From assembly GCF_001194135.2 (NCBI RefSeq), contig NC_068991.1, positions 30,501,125-30,565,018 of the forward strand: DNA of 63,894 bases, read 5' to 3'. The position numbers and the translations under genes were made by a program. Shown here one piece after another: positions 1 to 12,097 of the stretch. The notes beneath the pieces are model-generated. The model was not told the origin of the DNA. It did no database searches and saw nothing but the letters and a program-made list of their open reading frames with translations. Source of the DNA: Octopus bimaculoides (Eukaryota). Within the stretch, counting starts at the first letter, position 1; every line of letters begins with the position of its first letter.

Positions 1-34
<34 letters not shown>

Positions 35-635
35 TGTGTGTATGTGTGCGTGTGTGTGTTTTTATTTGTATTGATATAAATATGTGTATATACGCACGCA
101 CACGCATACATAAATACATGAATCCATCCATACGTACATACGTATATAAAATACTAGAATACACAACATACATAAGTAAAATGGATAACTGTATATACGC
201 ATAGACAAAAGTACACACATATATACACACATTACAATATACACTAACATACGCATATGCATGTGTTCCTGTGTATGTGCATATATGTGTGTTCCTGTGA
301 ATGTAAGTGCTTCTACAATGGAATATAAATATTTAATGCTAGTTTCTGTCAACACAACCATACATGCATACATGCATGTACAATTACATAGACATACATT
401 CACACACAAGCACACATGAGGGGACACACAAGGACACATGCGTGCACACAAGCACACATGCGCACGCACGCACACACGCTCACACACATACACACAAACA
501 CACGCACACGTGCACAAACATGAATAGATGCGTCTATTTTGATAGATATCTAAAAGTCATTTATGAACAAACCGAACAGCTGTTGTCTGTTGATGATACA
601 AAGAAGATTACGACAACGACGACGATGACGGCAAT

Positions 636-713
636 GATGATGATGACGGTGATAACGATGATGATGACGGTGATAATGATGATGATGACGGTGATAATGA
701 TGATGATGACGAC
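636..713. repeat. 21-bp minisatellite (GATGATGATGACGGTGATAAY), ~3.7 copies
   Basis: Units start at 636, 657, 678 and 699. Confidence 0.9.
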
Positions 714-901
714 ACCGACACCAAGATACAGACTGTATCGATCCAGTTACGTTTCGCTGCACTTTATATTCCCAAATAGGTTTCGCCTCAAAATTCATGT
801 TATACACAGTAACGTAATAACCACAGCGTGTAAACGGCCACGTGTGTGCGTATATGTGTGTGCATGAGTGTTTATGTTTTTGTGTATATGTGTATATGAT
901 T

Positions 902-947
<46 letters not shown>

Positions 948-1573
948 TTATTATAGGCATGTATGTTACATAAAATTTGTCACACAGTCAAATGATTTCT
1001 TAATGAGAAATAAAACGTTAGGCAGGAATAATACTAAAGATCTGTGGCTAAAATAAATATATGAATAAATAATTAAATAAATAAAACCCCACCACTAAAA
1101 CAAATGTCTTGTAGTAGGAACCAAGGCCGGCAAAAAAAAAACAGTCAGTTACAGCCTACCGGCTTTAAAAGGAGTGGCGCAATAGTGTCCCGAATATATT
1201 AAAGGTCAGATTGGTCACAAGTGGAACGTTTTTGACTGTCATTCGAACGAAGTTGATTCTGTATTAAACTATTTCTTGAAGCACGAGTCCAAAAGAAGCA
1301 TCTAAGTCAGTGGTTTCCTCTATGAAATACTGGGGTTTCACATAAATAGTAGAGAGGTCTTGGGGTCTCTGAGCGAGGATCGAAATTTGTTGAAGTTAAC
1401 AGGCTTTTCAAAGATTTGGGGTCCTGTTGGAAAATTCATTTATATACAATTGACCGTTGATTGTGTTAAAGATGTGAGCCAATTCTCTCCAGGGTGGGAA
1501 GTCTCGTAAGAAATAGTAAGCAAATCACCGACGAAACGAACCTTGTATTAAAAACAAAATAAAAGTACATATT

Positions 1574-1727
1574 GGCTTCAAATTCTGGCACAAGACCAGC
1601 AATCTTGGGAGAAAGAGTAATTCAATTACATCAACCCAAATGTTCAATTGGTTCTTATTTTATCGACCCAGAAAGGATGAAAGGCAAAGTCGACCTCGGC
1701 GGAATTTGAATTCGGAACGTAAAGACA
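1574..1727 (-). mobile_element. SINE family A, 5'-truncated
   Basis: Reverse complement matches the 3' two-thirds of 7682-7895 (gttccgaattcaaattccgccgaggtcgactttgcctttcatcc). Confidence 0.8.
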
Positions 1728-2020
1728 AAAATAAAAGCACACATTGAAGACTATTGTACTTCATAGAGCATGCCTGGATGGGAGGGAATAGATAGTCATG
1801 TTAAGAAGGTCTTTCATTAAAGGCTTCTTACATCATGGTTGACAATAAACTAGAGAATGAGGACAGCATTACCATGATTTATGCAATCAAATGAAGAAAC
1901 GTTACTAACTAAGCTTGTGTAAATGAATGGACAATCGGCAAAATTATGAAACGCAAAATATGTATCAAGTTTGTGGCTGTTTGTGCGTTCATATGAACTT
2001 GCGTAAATCAACAAACACAT

Positions 2021-2067
<47 letters not shown>

Positions 2068-2764
2068 TGTGTGTGGGTGTGTGTGAGCGTTCTTACACGC
2101 ACATATCCACACATAGGAGTGAGGGTGAGAATGGATGTATTTATTGGTGAAATTTTGCTACGACAGCAAGAGAGATGTCACAATGTTTAATCCTGATGAT
2201 AAGCCTATGAAAGACTAGAAATATCGTTGATGTACTTAAAATCTTTACTATCCGAAACAAAGTGCAAGGAACTTCTTTGAAAATATGAGTAAGCCTTGAG
2301 GAGAAGATAAAATTAGAATACCATTTGCATTCAATACGTGGCTTAATGCAGACCTGTTCTCCGCACTCACATGGTCACACACACGCACACATGCAAGCAT
2401 ATGTGTAAGTGTATATATATATACATACACACATACATACAACATAACGATATATATATATATATATAACTGCGTACATGAGTGTGTGTGTGTAAAATCA
2501 ACCCGTAACCATTTTGAAAACAAAAATGCATTCTAGAAATTTCTTTGCTAAAATGAAGTAGAACATCAAATTTTTTATGAATAAAATCTACCAAAAACAT
2601 AAAAAAAATAATTTTAATAAAATATTTACACAGATTTATCATTGCTGTTTCTATTGTTATTATTGTTGTTGGTGGCTATCAAATTTTGACAGGCATTTTG
2701 CCGAGACATTTAATATTCTAAAATATATAGCATTATCCATAGAATCTACGTGAGGCAGGGTGTG

Positions 2765-2807
<43 letters not shown>

Positions 2808-3561
2808 ATGTTTGTATTGGTGTGTGTGTGTGTGCGTATGTGTGTGTGTGCATGTTTGNNNNNNNNNNNNNNNNNNNNNNNNNNNNNNNNNNNNNNNNNN
2901 NNNNNNNNNNNNNNNNNNNNNNNNNNNNNNNNNNNNNNNNNNNNNNNNNNNNNNNNNNNNNNNNNNNNNNNNNNNNNNNNNNNNNNNNNNNNNNNNNNNN
3001 NNNNNNNNNNNNNNNNNNNNNNNNNNNNNNNNNNNNNNNNNNNNNNNNNNNNNNNNNNNNNNNNNNNNNNNNNNNNNNNNNNNNNNNNNNNNNNNNNNNN
3101 NNNNNNNNNNNNNNNNNNNNNNNNNNNNNNNNNNNNNNNNNNNNNNNNNNNNNNNNNNNNNNNNNNNNNNNNNNNNNNNNNNNNNNNNNNNNNNNNNNNN
3201 NNNNNNNNNNNNNNNNNNNNNNNNNNNNNNNNNNNNNNNNNNNNNNTATATAAATATATATAAAACATCCTGTGAGAAGTAGAAGAAATGTAATAATAAA
3301 AAAATTAAATTCTTCCTTATTTTCAATTCTTTATAAACTCGATATTTGATGGGAAGTCCTTCAATGAAATGATGGATGAGGCTTCATTTTTCATTTAAAA
3401 AAACCAAATTAGTTTAACTTTGCCCTTCTTATAGTGTTGTGAATTTATTGCGAAGTAGCGAAATCGTTAAGTAAGAGGGACAATGACTAGCTAAGCCATT
3501 AGTAGGATATGTCCTGTAGTTCCTATATGCTTGTAGTATTATCTTAGGGCTAAATGGTGCA

Positions 3562-3601
3562 ACACGAAAGCAATTGACCGATAGATCAATTGCTTTCGTG
3601 T
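3562..3601. repeat. Perfect 16-bp inverted repeat with an 8-nt loop
   Basis: ACACGAAAGCAATTGA-ccgataga-TCAATTGCTTTCGTGT. Confidence 0.95.
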
Positions 3602-3792
3602 CATCATCATTGGTTTTGTTTTTGGAAATAGGCGAGAACTAGCGTAAATATATTTAGTTAATGAGTTAAATCGCTGGACATGTATAAAAACATCCGTCTT
3701 CCATTCAAATATCTTTATGCTTATAATCTACGTTATCATGTGCTAGAGTGGTAACAATAAAAGATATATTCCGAATAATATATGGATACACT

Positions 3793-3854
3793 TCAAGGCG
3801 GTGCCCCAATATGGCCGCAGTCAGATAACTGAAACAAGTAAAAGTAAGTAAAAA

Positions 3855-3855
<1 letters not shown>
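3793..3855 (+). mobile_element. SINE family B 3' end fragment
   Basis: aaggcggtgccccaatatggccgcagtcagataactgaaacaagtaaaag matches 4275-4325. Confidence 0.75.
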
Positions 3856-3890
<35 letters not shown>

Positions 3891-4106
3891 NNNNNNNNNN
3901 NNNNNNNNNNNNNNNNNNNNNNNNNNNNNNNNNNNNNNNNNNNNNNNNNNNNNNNNNNNNNNNNNNNNNNNNNNNNNNNNNNNNNNNNNNNNNNNNNNNN
4001 NNNNNNNNNNNNNNNNNNNNNNNNNNNNNNNNNNNNNNNNNNNNNNNNNNNNNNNNNNNNNNNNNNNNNNNNNNNNNNNNNNNNNNNNNNNNNNNNNNNN
4101 NNNNNA

Positions 4107-4335
4107 TGTATGTGTGTGTATATGTTTGTGTGTCTGTGTTTATCCCCCCAACATCGCTTGACAACCGATGCTGGTGTGTTTACGTCCCCGTAACTTAGCG
4201 GTTCGGCAAAAGAGACCGATAGAATAAGTACTAGGCTTCCAAAGAATAAGTCCTGGGGTCGATTTGCTAGACTAAAGGCGGTGTTCCAGCATGGCCGCAG
4301 TCAAATGACTGAAACAAGTAAAAGAGTAAAAAGAG
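4107..4335 (+). mobile_element. SINE family B, internal microsatellite and 3' body (head probably in gap 3891-4106)
   Basis: cccccaacatcgcttgacaaccgatgctggtgtgtttacgtccccgtaacttagcggttcggc...gcatggccgcagtcaaatgactgaaacaagtaaaagag. Confidence 0.88.
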
Positions 4336-4337
4336 AG

Positions 4338-4380
<43 letters not shown>

Positions 4381-4698
4381 CTCAACCATATTTGAAATAA
4401 CAACTTTGTATTTGTACAAATCACTGCTTAGCACTTTCATTCTGTATACATACATACATACACACATACATACATACATACATACATACATACATACATA
4501 CATACATGTATGTATGTACGAATGTATGTATGTATGTATTATGTATGTATGTATGTATGTATGTATGTATGTATGTATGTATGTATGCATGTACGCATGT
4601 ATACATGTATGCATGTATGTATGTTTGTATACAGAATGAAAGTGCTAAGCAGTGATTTGTATAAATATAAACTTGTTACCATTTCAAATATGCCTGAG
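4381..4698. repeat. Long palindrome: ~70 bp unique arms plus a (CATA)n|(TATG)n core
   Basis: tacaaatcactgcttagcactttcattctgtatac is the exact rc of gtatacagaatgaaagtgctaagcagtgatttgta; symmetry centre at 4506/4507. Confidence 0.9.
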
Positions 4699-4945
4699 GC
4701 ATATTCGAACCCGTAAGAAAGTCATTCACTGTATTTTGTACTGCAGAAAATTTCTCGCTGTAGCAGATAAGCGTAAACACACCAAATCACTTCACGGTGA
4801 CCCCTAACCAGACTGCACCAGCGACCAGAAAGATAGATACTATGTCTATAGACACATTCATATATACATAAATATATGTGTATGCATATATATTTTTTTT
4901 TCTCCGTTTTTTTCTCCGTGTTTTTCTCCTTGTTTTCTCCGTATT

Positions 4946-4980
4946 CTTTCTGTTGAAGAGCGTAGCTCGAAACGTTAAAG
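4946..4980 (+). ncRNA. Minimal type I hammerhead-like motif (core A6>U) inside a TA-flanked repeat at 4895-5075
   Basis: CTTT-CTGTTGA-A-GAGC-GTA-GCTC-GAAAC-GT-T-AAAG. Stem I CTTT/AAAG, stem II GAGC/GCTC, stem III palindrome ACGT. Confidence 0.6.
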
Positions 4981-5071
4981 GCTTTCTGTATTCCCGAGCG
5001 TTAAACTAATACGTCCTTTTGTTGTTTCCACCACCTGTCCTCGTCTGTTGTTGTTTGTTTCGTAAATTCTC

Positions 5072-5110
<39 letters not shown>

Positions 5111-6089
5111 GTAATGGCAAGGGAATGATGGAAGTAGAGTGATAGAGCGCGAGGGGTGGAAGAGAGAGAAATAAAGACACACACAAGCAACTATGTTTGA
5201 TTCAACAGCAGCTGACAAAGTGAATGATTAATCAAGAATCTAACAAATATTCCTTATATTTTATATGGTATATTTGAGATTCATGCTTGCACCTTTTTAA
5301 ATTCACTTCTACATAAATTCATAGCACCGACCACTGGTTGAATCGTTGCGTTACCTCAGTGATTTAATATATCGCTTAAATGAACTGTGTTTGTTCCGCC
5401 TATGTTGTGCTTCCATCGCTTACACAGACTCACATTCACGCATTTTGACATATGCAAGCATAGGTCAATTTGTATTTAGTGCTGTATGTAGCTATTTAGA
5501 TATATATGTATGTGTGTGTAGATATAAGTAAATGGTTCTTCGTTAAATAACAATAGCAAAGAGGCCTCTTTCAGATGTCAAAACTGAGTAAATATCATCA
5601 CACATTAGTATATGTACTAAGGTGTATAAAACAATTATAGAAAAATGGAAGAAAAAAAATCAACGACGGATCACACACACATACATCCATATGCGTGTAT
5701 ATGCATGTATGTGTGTGTGCAAACACATGTATATGTGTAAAGCAAATATGAAGGAAAAACAACAATAACCAATAATGAAAATTAAGTAACTAGAAAAAAG
5801 AAAATGAAAAGAGAAACGGAAGAAATATGAAGAAAAAGCGACAAGAAGTGAAACTATAAGGAATGGGTGAAAGACTGAGTGGTAAGAGAGAGATATAGAA
5901 GACAAAGAAAAGAAGTATAAAGACAATCTTATCTAGTGTAGGCCACCAAGTTCAAATAACATTGATATGATTCAAAATGGCTTATTTATATGTATATTGC
6001 AAACATGAGTTCACGACTACCTATATATATATATATATATATAGAAACAAGTACTTACATTCGCACTTCCTTTCTTCCATTTGTGATAG

Positions 6090-6123
<34 letters not shown>

Positions 6124-7490
6124 NNNNNNNNNNNNNNNNNNNNNNNNNNNNNNNNNNNNNNNNNNNNNNNNNNNNNNNNNNNNNNNNNNNNNNNNNNNNN
6201 NNNNNNNNNNNNNNNNNNNNNNNNNNCTCTCTCACCATATGTGTGTATTTGTTTGTGGATGTGTGTATGTGTCTGTGCTCGTCTCCTTATGAGCATGTGT
6301 GTGTATCTGCTATTACTAGTGATGTTTGAAACGTGTGGGTGGAAAAGGCTACGACTCAAGCATTTAAGTATGTAATTGTACATGTCATTCTCTTCCACTC
6401 TATGTGCGTGCGTGCGTGTGTGTGTGTGTGTGTGTATGTGTGTGTGTGTGTGTGTGTGTGCGTATTTCAACACACATGATAGAAATACACCCAATATATG
6501 CAGTATAAACTGATGATGCTGCGGCATGATTATGAAACGTTAAAATGACTGGAATGGTGCAAAGTAAATTTTTGTACCAATTTCAAAATCATTTTAAAAC
6601 ATAGTTGCCTAAGACATATCATAACATATGCCCGGAATGTTTGTTTTTTGTTGTTTTTGTCGATATCTGCCTCATCTAATATCTTAGTTGGTTTTTGTGG
6701 TAAAGGAACGTAACGCAACAACGAACTCTTGTTTGATGTACGAATGCGAACATACACATAGTTAGACAGATATAGATATAGACAGATATAGTTAGATAGA
6801 TATAGACAGATATATATTTATACACACACACTCACAAACACACACACACACACACACATGTATGTATATGCAGAGTGGTAAAATAGTCACGAAGTCTAAC
6901 TGCATACTACGATCTGGCTTCAGCTACTGCACGAACTGCATTTTTTAACTTCTGACCCACCCTGTGACCCACCCTGTGTGCACGCACGCACAGACGCACA
7001 TACACATACTTCACATGCTCTAAAAATTACCAATACCTACTCGGATACCAGGAAAATCTGGTATGGATTCAAGTATAAAGTTAGGGCCCACCCAGACACA
7101 CAATTAAGTGTAATAGGGAGGGCTGTTGGCTGTAGCTATGCTTATCGCTATGTATATATCATAGAATAACGTAAAGGGTGTATACTAAACACTCAGCTAT
7201 TCATCGTACATGAAAATTCCTTTGAACATACTATTACATTCATTACTGGGAGGTGGCGGAGAGAACGTAATGCTACTTTTCTGAAAAGACTATCCATAAT
7301 TTATTTTGACTATTTCAGTAGTCACCTTTTAGTAGAAATAGTGTGCTATCGATTCTCTGAGCCAAGTAGGGACTGGGGGCATGCGTATACAATCAGAAGT
7401 GAATAGGACTCAATACAGGGTTCAAAGTTATTTATTTGTAAGGTATAATTTCCTGTAGTTTTCAGTATTAGGCTTCTCATACCAAAACTT

Positions 7491-7552
<62 letters not shown>

Positions 7553-7681
7553 CGTGTGCACATGAGAGGCCAGAAGTTTCAAATCGTCGTGGAAAACATC
7601 TAAAATATGATCTCTACAGGACTCGCTTCCGTAGATCCAGACATTGACCTTACACTCCCTATCACAATATATCTGGTAATT

Positions 7682-7895
7682 AAGGCGGCGAGCTGGCAGA
7701 AACGTTAGCACAGTGGGCGAAATGCTTAGTGGTATTTCGTCTGTCATTACGTTCTGAGTTCAAATTCCACCGAGGTCGACTTTACCTTTCACCCTTTCGG
7801 GGTCAATAAATTAAGTACCAGATGCGTACTGGGGATGTCTAATCGACTGGCCCCTCTCCCCCAAAATTTCGGGCCTTGTGTCTACAGCAGAAAAG
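7682..7895 (+). mobile_element. tRNA-derived SINE family A, full length, 16-bp TSD
   Basis: AAGGCGGCGAGCTGGCAGAAACG head; B box GAGTTCAAATTCC; perfect TSD AATATATCTGGTAATT at 7666-7681 and 7896-7911. Confidence 0.9.
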
Positions 7896-8692
7896 AATAT
7901 ATCTGGTAATTTAAATGCAGTAAAATTGACAACAATCGATAAATTAGAGTATCGTTGTAACTGAAGCCCTAAATTCCGTTGAATTATAAAGATGTAGTTT
8001 AAGTTTAGCTGAAAATATATAACATTTGCAGTAAACCTGCGATGTATTAAACCAAAAACGAAATTTATAAGAATGATATAACTCGAAGTACAAGTAAATG
8101 ACGTAAGTTTATTTAACTGCGACTGCAAGTAACTGATGTAACTTAGCACACATGTATGTGATGTATCTCAAAGTATATTTAACTGGAAGTAGAATAGTAA
8201 CAGTTGCAGCAACAGCAAAGACGGAACATTTATAAGGCCGCTTGACTTGCTGGAATCAGTCAGCAAATTACGGTCGCTAATCTTTAAAAATGAAAGCCAT
8301 ATGAGATAATGTAGTCCCAGATATTCGTGCCATAAACAAATGAGATGTTTCAGTACAGTTGTTAAATATTACTACTTTTCTATACTAACTATAACTATTT
8401 AAATAGCTATGATTAAAGATTCTCTTTCGAATCTTTTCTGTTCTTTTGTTGTGGCAGTGTTTATCAATATCCAATGGAGCATATGGATGATGAAATAATA
8501 CAGGAAGTACATTATTGGGGTTGATTTGATGACTAAAATACTTTCGAAGGCGGTGTCTCTCCCTGAATGGGGAGCAATATAAGAATTAATAAGCATGATT
8601 TTTTATTTAAAAAAAACACTACAAATAGTGACACAATCTCATACACACACAAATATACAAAAGAGCGCGCCAAGAGTCGGCGACGATGATGA

Positions 8693-8693
<1 letters not shown>

Positions 8694-8774
<81 letters not shown>
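8694..8774. repeat. (AGT)27 microsatellite
   Basis: Direct reading; one example of dozens of SSRs in the window. Confidence 0.97.
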
Positions 8775-8987
8775 CCATTCGTTGTAACGGCGTGTAAGAA
8801 AATACAAAGTCATAAAAAAGCCAATGTAAGCTGAGAAGGTATTGTGATAAGATAAGTCTTTTCCATACCCCCACCCGGCCCTCTTCCACTGTTTTCAGGG
8901 ATGATCTCAGTCAAACATCCCCTACCAGTATTGTTTTGGTATAATTACCGGGACTAAAACATCTAAACACAAACACACACACACACA

Positions 8988-9026
<39 letters not shown>

Positions 9027-9398
9027 NNNNNNNNNNNNNNNNNNNNNNNNNNNNNNNNNNNNNNNNNNNNNNNNNNNNNNNNNNNNNNNNNNNNNNNNNN
9101 NNNNNNNNNNNNNNNNNNNNNNNNNNNNNNNNNNNNNNNNNNNNNNNNNNNNNNNNNNNNNNNNNNNNNNNNNNNNNNNNNNNNNNNNNNNNNNNNNNNN
9201 NNNNNNNNNNNNNNNNNNNNNNNNNNNNNNNNNNNNNNNNNNNNNNNNNNNNNNNNNNNNNNNNNNNNNNNNNNNNNTTATCTCCTATAATATACAGGTG
9301 TTTGGAAGATCCACAGGTGTAGTACAATTGATACACCAAAGGAGGAAGATACCTAAACATATTATACTCGTAACACAAGCATATGCACGCATTTGCAA

Positions 9399-9463
<65 letters not shown>

Positions 9464-10413
9464 TATAATTTCAGTCGATGAAGTCAGGTAAAAATGACCT
9501 TACCTATGTCATTTACGACCGCACCGTAATGATTTGTTACCTTTACCCACAGGTGGGTATAAAACTGTTGCGTGAAAAAAAAAGAGAAAAAGAAAGCGCC
9601 AAAGATTCGGGATGCTTAAACAGAACGAGAGAGAGAGAGAAAGAAAGGTGAAGTGAGAGAGAATTTTCAACCTAATACACGGAAACATGAATGTTATAAA
9701 ACGATGCGAAACATTATCTATCCACTGGCCTGCACACAGATTTACACTCGGAACGACCCAACGGCTAAACCAGATATTGCATAAATATACAATGAAAATA
9801 CGCCCACCTACTGCTTCAAGATTTAGGAAAATGGTTGCGAATGCAACACACAGAAAATTTTATATATACACATATGCATACATATACATATACTTGTGTA
9901 TATGAATGTATATTGAAGAGTGTTCTCTGATACATGTCATGATCAAAGTCACAGGTGCCAGAGGTGCGGGATTGCCTCAGTCTAATCTATGCAACTCCTC
10001 GCCAATCTTCACCACTCCTGTTCCTATTGCTCACCTGTTAACCGTGATTATTGTTGACACATCTCACTACACTACGATCACACACCACACAAGACTAAAA
10101 AACACCAATCTGTACAAAACTATCTTACACTACATCACACAAAACCATATCCCACACTAAAACCCATTATACCACCACCTTACAATGCCTCGAACAATCC
10201 ATGGCGTTTGCTATTTTCGCGCTACCTTAAAACACCAGAGTGCATATACTGGTGGACAACCATACACGTACGTTCCAGCGTGAAAGCTGACGCATAGTTA
10301 CACAAACCGCTGGAAAAAGTAGTTACATTTCCCTCAGGTCACAACCTAAAGCTTTCAAAACAAGAAGTGCTGGGTAATACGTGGGTAATACGTGGTTAAT
10401 ATGCTGGGTAATA

Positions 10414-11295
10414 CGTGGTTTGATGAATAAGTATCCGGATTGTTGCCATAGTAACGAAGATAAAGCACGTAGAGTAAAGCTGCTTGGTACACATTGACCT
10501 TGATTTCTGTTGTGCATGCGCACTAAGTTTTAACGTTCTAACTTACTTTTGCTGTTTACAGCAGTGCTTGGAAGTAACGAGTGTGGCGTGTTCTTAGCCA
10601 TTGACCATGACAGAGAAAGTTGAGCAGAGAATCTGCATCTTTGCCAAAAGTTTGGCCAAACCTGTTCAGAGACATACGCAAAGTTTTCAAACGCCTTTCA
10701 TCGTTTACATCAAGGAGATCTTATGCAACTGAAACCCGCGTCTTTTTGGTCAGCTGAAAGCAATTTTGGCACAAACTTGGCAGACACGCGTCTCATACCC
10801 AAATCTTCAGTGATAACGGACTGAACTGAACCGTAATTAATCTGCACATCCTCTGATAACTCACGGATGGTGATTCGACGATTTCCCCTCACACCTGCAC
10901 GCACATCTGCGATGTTTTTCTTAGTTCTGTTGGTTGCGGGTTTCCCAGAACGTTCGTCAATATAGAAATTTTTTTGGCCTTCTTGGAAATGTCTGAACCA
11001 CTCGTACACTTGTGTGCGGCTCATACACTCCTCTCCATACACTTTCTGCAACTTTGCGCAGGCCTCTGAGCAGATATCGCCATGACAACTTTCTCTGTCA
11101 TGGTCAATGTGATGATCACACGTTACATACGTTACTTCGAAGCACTGTTGTAAACGGCAGAAGAGAGCTAGAATATTGAAACTTAGTGCATATACACAGC
11201 AGAGTTTAAGATCAATCTGTGCCAAGTGGCTTTACTCTACGTGCTTTAGCTTCGTTACTATGGCAACAGTCTGGATACTTTTTGCTCAAACATCT
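10414..11295. mobile_element. Mariner-derived foldback element made of two inverted 5' ends, TA-flanked
   Basis: TA|CGTGGTTTGATGAATAAGTATCCGG at left and TA|AGATGTTTGAGCAAAAAGTATCCAG (rc) at right. About 270 bp arms, each with the ATGACAGAGAAAGTTG start (ATG at 10607 + and 11101 -, 193-194 bp from each end). Confidence 0.85.
10690..11101 (-). pseudogene. Mariner transposase N-terminal (HTH to WVPxxL-like motif) remnant
   Basis: ORF 10710-11225 contains KVYGEECMSRTQVYEWFRHFQEG..ERSGKP..RRITIRELSE..GSVQSVITEDLGMRRVSAKFVPKLLS. Frameshifted after the ATG and truncated before the catalytic domain. Confidence 0.9.
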
Positions 11296-11654
11296 TATAG
11301 TCCAAGAGGAAGCATCCGAGAAATGTCATGCTACTGAGTCACAGGTTACCCGGCTTACTCACCAACAACTGTACATACATACGTATATATGACCTTGATT
11401 AAATTATGCGTATGTGTGTATGAGAGTTTGCAGGTATCAACACGCACACGTACGCAGGTACCTGATAACCATGGAATTTATATAAATATTGTAACATGAT
11501 GTGTTAAGCACGTCCACAAATATTGGCTACCTGATGTTAACAGCAGCAGTGATAGCGATACTTATTCTACTGGATTTATTTCAGAAATTACTTAATGCCA
11601 TAGAGTTTATATAAGCAGATCAGATACAGATTCATAAGAATTTTCTAATTCAAA

Positions 11655-11760
11655 TCCACTACACGCGTTTCGACTCATCCTGCATCTCTACTTTACAGGT
11701 GAGATTCTATCAAACCAATACTTTTGCATTACAGGTGCAGATTGCGTCTCCTCAGGTTAC
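11655..11760 (-). ncRNA. Hammerhead-like motif related to family D, intact core
   Basis: Minus strand: GTAAC-CTGAGGA-GACGCAATCTGCA...TGCAGGATGAGTC-GAAAC-GCGT-GT-A-GTGGA. Stem II is 13 bp with 2 mismatches; stem I is weak. Confidence 0.6.
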
Positions 11761-12097
11761 TTTTTAACAAGAACCTCGCTCTTTCTTCTCTCTGTTTCAC
11801 CTTGCTCTATTAAGATATATTTTTTAGGAAGTCTGCTACATTCTAGCAGATATCAAAACTCTATTTTACAACAACTATAGCAGACAGTGCCCAAATTTTG
11901 TGGAAAGATAAATATTATCCCCGTTCAATCTCAGCCGGTGAAACCTAGAAATCTCTTCTTTTATTTACTCATCAAATTTATTCAGTTCACAAACTCCAAT
12001 GTCATCTTTCAATAAAAATGAAGTGTAAACTGAATCACGAGATATATGAAAATATAAACGTGATGGTCACAACTGAAATATGTCCGATGGGTGAAGA

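Noticed and set aside
4677-4758. Possible terminal exon EKFSAVQNTVNDFLTGSNMPQAYLKW* (minus strand)
   Set aside because: Short, modest acceptor, and overlaps the arm of the 4381-4698 palindrome.
6510-6545. CTGATGA...GAAACGTT motif
   Set aside because: Stem I cannot form and stem II closure is poor; compatible with chance.
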